Under the pieces are notes generated by a model. The model did not search any database, was not told where the DNA came from, and saw only the letters and a program-made list of their open reading frames with translations. A program made the position numbers and the translations under genes. A stretch of 48,263 nucleotides of DNA from Gammaproteobacteria bacterium (GTDB lineage: Bacteria > Pseudomonadota > Gammaproteobacteria > GCA-001735895): positions 1-48,263 of the forward strand of contig JBFFXR010000003.1 of the NCBI GenBank assembly GCA_041569645.1. Direction: 5' to 3'. Below, piece by piece: positions 45,889-48,263 of this stretch (positions within the stretch are counted from its first letter, which is position 1; every line of letters starts with the position of its first letter).

Positions 45889-46398
45889 CTACTGGATGTG
45901 AATCGATGATAACTGCCAGATCCACTTCTGCTTGGTCTCCTCGTTGTCGAGCTCGGGATGGGATTCGCGCGGGTAGATCACCCAGATCGGGCCTTTGTCG
46001 CGCACGCGCATGTAGCGGCCGTCCTGCTTCAACGCGAACAGGATCGGATAACGACGCAGGTCGGAAACCGGGATCGTGACCTGGTAGTCGTTGATCGCGC
46101 GGGCGACGATTTCGTCGCCGCGCGCGCCGACCGCGTCGAGAATCCGGCTGCCGAGCACGCCGCTGAAGGTCGGCCGGCCGTCGGTCCACGCGGTTTCGAC
46201 GGTCAGTTCCGTCATCCCGAGCGCCTCGAGCATCGTGCGATCGAATTCGGCGCGATCGCCGGCGTTGGTATGCTCGATATCGCCGCTGATCGTCAGGATG
46301 ACCTTGCCGGCTGGACGGCCAAGATCACCGGCACCGCCGGTACCCGCGAAGACCATGAGCGAAAGGCCCAGGATAAGACGACTGAAGCCCGAAATCAT
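45889..46398 (-). CDS. periplasmic degenerate molybdopterin-oxidoreductase-fold protein (PruR-like)
   Basis: Signal peptide. ILTISG, TAWT, FSGV, AINDY, RDKGPIWVIYP and WIWQL motifs. No Cys in the mature sequence. Confidence 0.7.
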   Translation of the reverse strand: MISGFSRLILGLSLMVFAGTGGAGDLGRPAGKVILTISGDIEHTNAGDRAEFDRTMLEALGMTELTVETAWTDGRPTFSGVLGSRILDAVGARGDEIVARAINDYQVTIPVSDLRRYPILFALKQDGRYMRVRDKGPIWVIYPRESHPELDNEETKQKWIWQLSSIHIQ

Positions 46399-46495
46399 TG
46401 TTTTCACGATGTTTTTACTCCGATCCGATGTAACGCCCCAGGGGTTGAATCGAGTATAGCGGAAAAAGATTGCGCCAAATCGGTCATAGAAAACT

Positions 46496-46813
46496 TCAAT
46501 CGATGCAGGGCCCATTGACCCGTTCGAAGGTCCGTACCAGCTTGTCGGCTACCCAGCCGGACACTTCGCGGTCGAAGGCGGCAAAATGCGCGCTTTGCAG
46601 GTGCGCGTCGAAGGCCGCACGGTCGGTATAGACCTCGTAGAGCAGAACCAGGTCGTCGCGTGTCGGTTCGACGCAGACGTCGAAGACATGGCATCCGGCT
46701 TCGAGCCGCAGCGAGTCGGTGGCCTGACGCGCGACGCGCGCGCGGAACGCGGCGGCGTGTTGCGGATACAGCTCGAATTCGACGACGACGACGTACATGG
46801 CGTAATCCGTCAT
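46496..46813 (-). CDS. ABM-family putative quinol monooxygenase / LsrG-like protein
   Basis: EAGCHVFDV and LYEVY.D.AAF.AH..S.HF motifs. ATGA overlap with otnC. Confidence 0.75.
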   Translation of the reverse strand: MTDYAMYVVVVEFELYPQHAAAFRARVARQATDSLRLEAGCHVFDVCVEPTRDDLVLLYEVYTDRAAFDAHLQSAHFAAFDREVSGWVADKLVRTFERVNGPCID

Positions 46814-47448
46814 ACCGCGGGTGGATACTTGCGCTTGAGCGCGGCGACGGCCGCGGCGTCGAGCGGCCGGATCGGACGATCCCGCAGCAGCAGAAACAGC
46901 TTGGCGGTCTCTTCGAGCTCCTCGGCGGCGTAAACCGCGTCCTCGAGGCTGCGCCCGGCAACCACCGGGCCATGATTGGCGAGCAACACCGCGTGGTGCT
47001 TCGACGCCATCTCGCGCACCGCGCGGGCCAGGTCGACGTCGCCGGGCGGATAGTAAGGGATCAGCGGCAGCGCGCCAACGCGCATGACGTAATAGGCGGT
47101 CAGCGGCGGCAGCACGTCGGTCGGATCGATACCGTCAAGACAGCTGACCGCAACCGAATGCGTGGAATGCAGGTGCACGATCGCGCCGGCCTTCGGCCGC
47201 GCGCGGTAAACCTCGGTATGCAGAAACGCTTCCTTGGTCGGCGCGTCGCCGTCGACGTGGCGGCCGTCGGCATCGAGCCGCGCGAGGCGCGCCGGGTCGA
47301 GGTTGCCGAGCGACGCGCCGGTCGGCGTCATCAGCCAGCCGTCGTCGCTGCGCACGCTGATGTTGCCGCTCGCGCCGAAGGACAGGCCGCGGCGAAACAG
47401 CGACGCGCCGAGGCGCACTATCGAGTCGCGGAGATCGGAATCGCTCAT
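46810..47448 (-). CDS. otnC: 3-oxo-tetronate 4-phosphate decarboxylase (class II aldolase family)
   Basis: SGNISVR, TPTG.SLG.LDPARL, PTKE..LH, VHLHSTHS, LTAYYVMRVG, LANHGPVV and EELEETAKL motifs. Confidence 0.75.
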   Translation of the reverse strand: MSDSDLRDSIVRLGASLFRRGLSFGASGNISVRSDDGWLMTPTGASLGNLDPARLARLDADGRHVDGDAPTKEAFLHTEVYRARPKAGAIVHLHSTHSVAVSCLDGIDPTDVLPPLTAYYVMRVGALPLIPYYPPGDVDLARAVREMASKHHAVLLANHGPVVAGRSLEDAVYAAEELEETAKLFLLLRDRPIRPLDAAAVAALKRKYPPAV

Positions 47449-47565
47449 AGTAATACCTCGCAAGCCCGGCTGACGAAATTCTCGCCGCCGACCTTACCCA
47501 AATCGGGCGCGAGTGCAAGCCGTGTCGCGCAGCCCGGCGGGATCATGCATCCCTCTCCGCAGAAA

Positions 47566-48263
47566 TCACAGGCCTTCGAGCACCGCGCGGGTCACCGCGC
47601 GCGTGCCCATGTCGCCGCCGAACTCCATCGGCCTGAGCGCAGCGGCGGCGAAACCGCGCTCGACCGCGCCCTCGATCGCGCGCGCGGCGTCGGCCAACGC
47701 CGGCAGCGACGCCTTGTCGGCGAGGTAGTCGAGCATCAGCGCGGCGCTGAGGATAGCCGCCAGCGGGTTGGCCGCGTCCTGGCCCATGATATCGGGCGCG
47801 CTGCCGTGCGCCGGCTGGAACAACCCGGTGGTATCGCCGATCTCGCCGCAGGCGGCCATGCCCATGCCGCCGACGAGGCCGCCGGCGAGATCCGACAGAA
47901 TATCACCAAACATGTTTTCGGTGACCAGCACGTCGAAGTCCCACGGCCGCCGGATCAGGTCGAGCGCCTGCGCGTCGACGTAGTTGTAATCGCGCTCGAT
48001 ATCGGGATAGCCGGCGGCAATCTCGGCGTAGATCTTGCGGAAAAACGCCATCGACGCGAACACATTGGCCTTGTCGACGCAGGTGAGTTTGCCCTTACCG
48101 CCGCGCGTCTTGCGCTTGCGCGCGAGCTCGAATCCGAAGCGGTGCAGTTTTTCGGTGGTTGCGCGGGTGATACGCAGCACGTCGCGCGCCTCGCGATCGT
48201 CGATAATCTCGCCGCGACCGTGCACCGCGGCCGAGTAGAACAGGCCCTCGGTCGATTCGCGCA
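47566..48263 (-). CDS. isopropylmalate/tartrate/isocitrate dehydrogenase family protein, 5' partial
   Basis: RESTEGLF at the window edge. VDKANV, ENMFGDILSDL and QPAHGSAPDI motifs. Confidence 0.82.
   Translation of the reverse strand, partial: RESTEGLFYSAAVHGRGEIIDDREARDVLRITRATTEKLHRFGFELARKRKTRGGKGKLTCVDKANVFASMAFFRKIYAEIAAGYPDIERDYNYVDAQALDLIRRPWDFDVLVTENMFGDILSDLAGGLVGGMGMAACGEIGDTTGLFQPAHGSAPDIMGQDAANPLAAILSAALMLDYLADKASLPALADAARAIEGAVERGFAAAALRPMEFGGDMGTRAVTRAVLEGL

Noticed and set aside
1-48263. CRISPR arrays, prophage, IS elements, defence systems, rRNA and tRNA genes
   Set aside because: I saw no regularly spaced direct repeats, no transposase, integrase or phage motifs, and no structural-RNA signatures. 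This was by eye only, so short or degenerate elements could have been missed.

Overview
GC-rich (by eye about 65%) chromosomal window from a Gammaproteobacterium. The assignment rests on the lol-comEC-exbBD-msbA-lpxK-ycaR-kdsB and mfd-csiV gene order. It holds about 45 protein-coding genes, and I found no rRNA, tRNA, CRISPR array, integrase or transposase. From left to right: (1) a DUF1445-pxpA-pxpB-pxpC-DUF4392 operon followed by a D-amino-acid aminotransferase; (2) a phosphoethanolamine transferase and a convergent membrane-fused spermidine-synthase-like gene; (3) ygfA and a GcvA-type LysR, divergent from an MttB-family methyltransferase, a GcvT-family flavin dehydrogenase and an HD-domain protein; (4) a beta-barrel-like protein and a PAS-GGDEF-EAL protein; (5) diaminopropionate ammonia-lyase, an M24 hydrolase and dsbB; (6) the lipid A/Kdo/competence/Lol region, where msbA and lpxK are fused into one 948-aa ORF; (7) a periplasmic rhodanese, mfd, csiV and an SH3 protein; (8) metA coupled to an uncharacterised P-loop protein; (9) two EamA transporters; (10) a PruR-like periplasmic protein, a histidine kinase with a DcpA-like sensor and an HDOD protein; (11) an ABM protein, otnC and a partial beta-decarboxylating dehydrogenase. 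The strongest leads are the split D-glutamate-cyclase/oxoprolinase/D-aminotransferase pathway, the putative pterin-sensing kinase module, the MsbA-LpxK fusion, the diiron-type HD protein in a methylated-amine operon and the metA-coupled P-loop protein. All family calls come from reading motifs by eye; no database searches were run.
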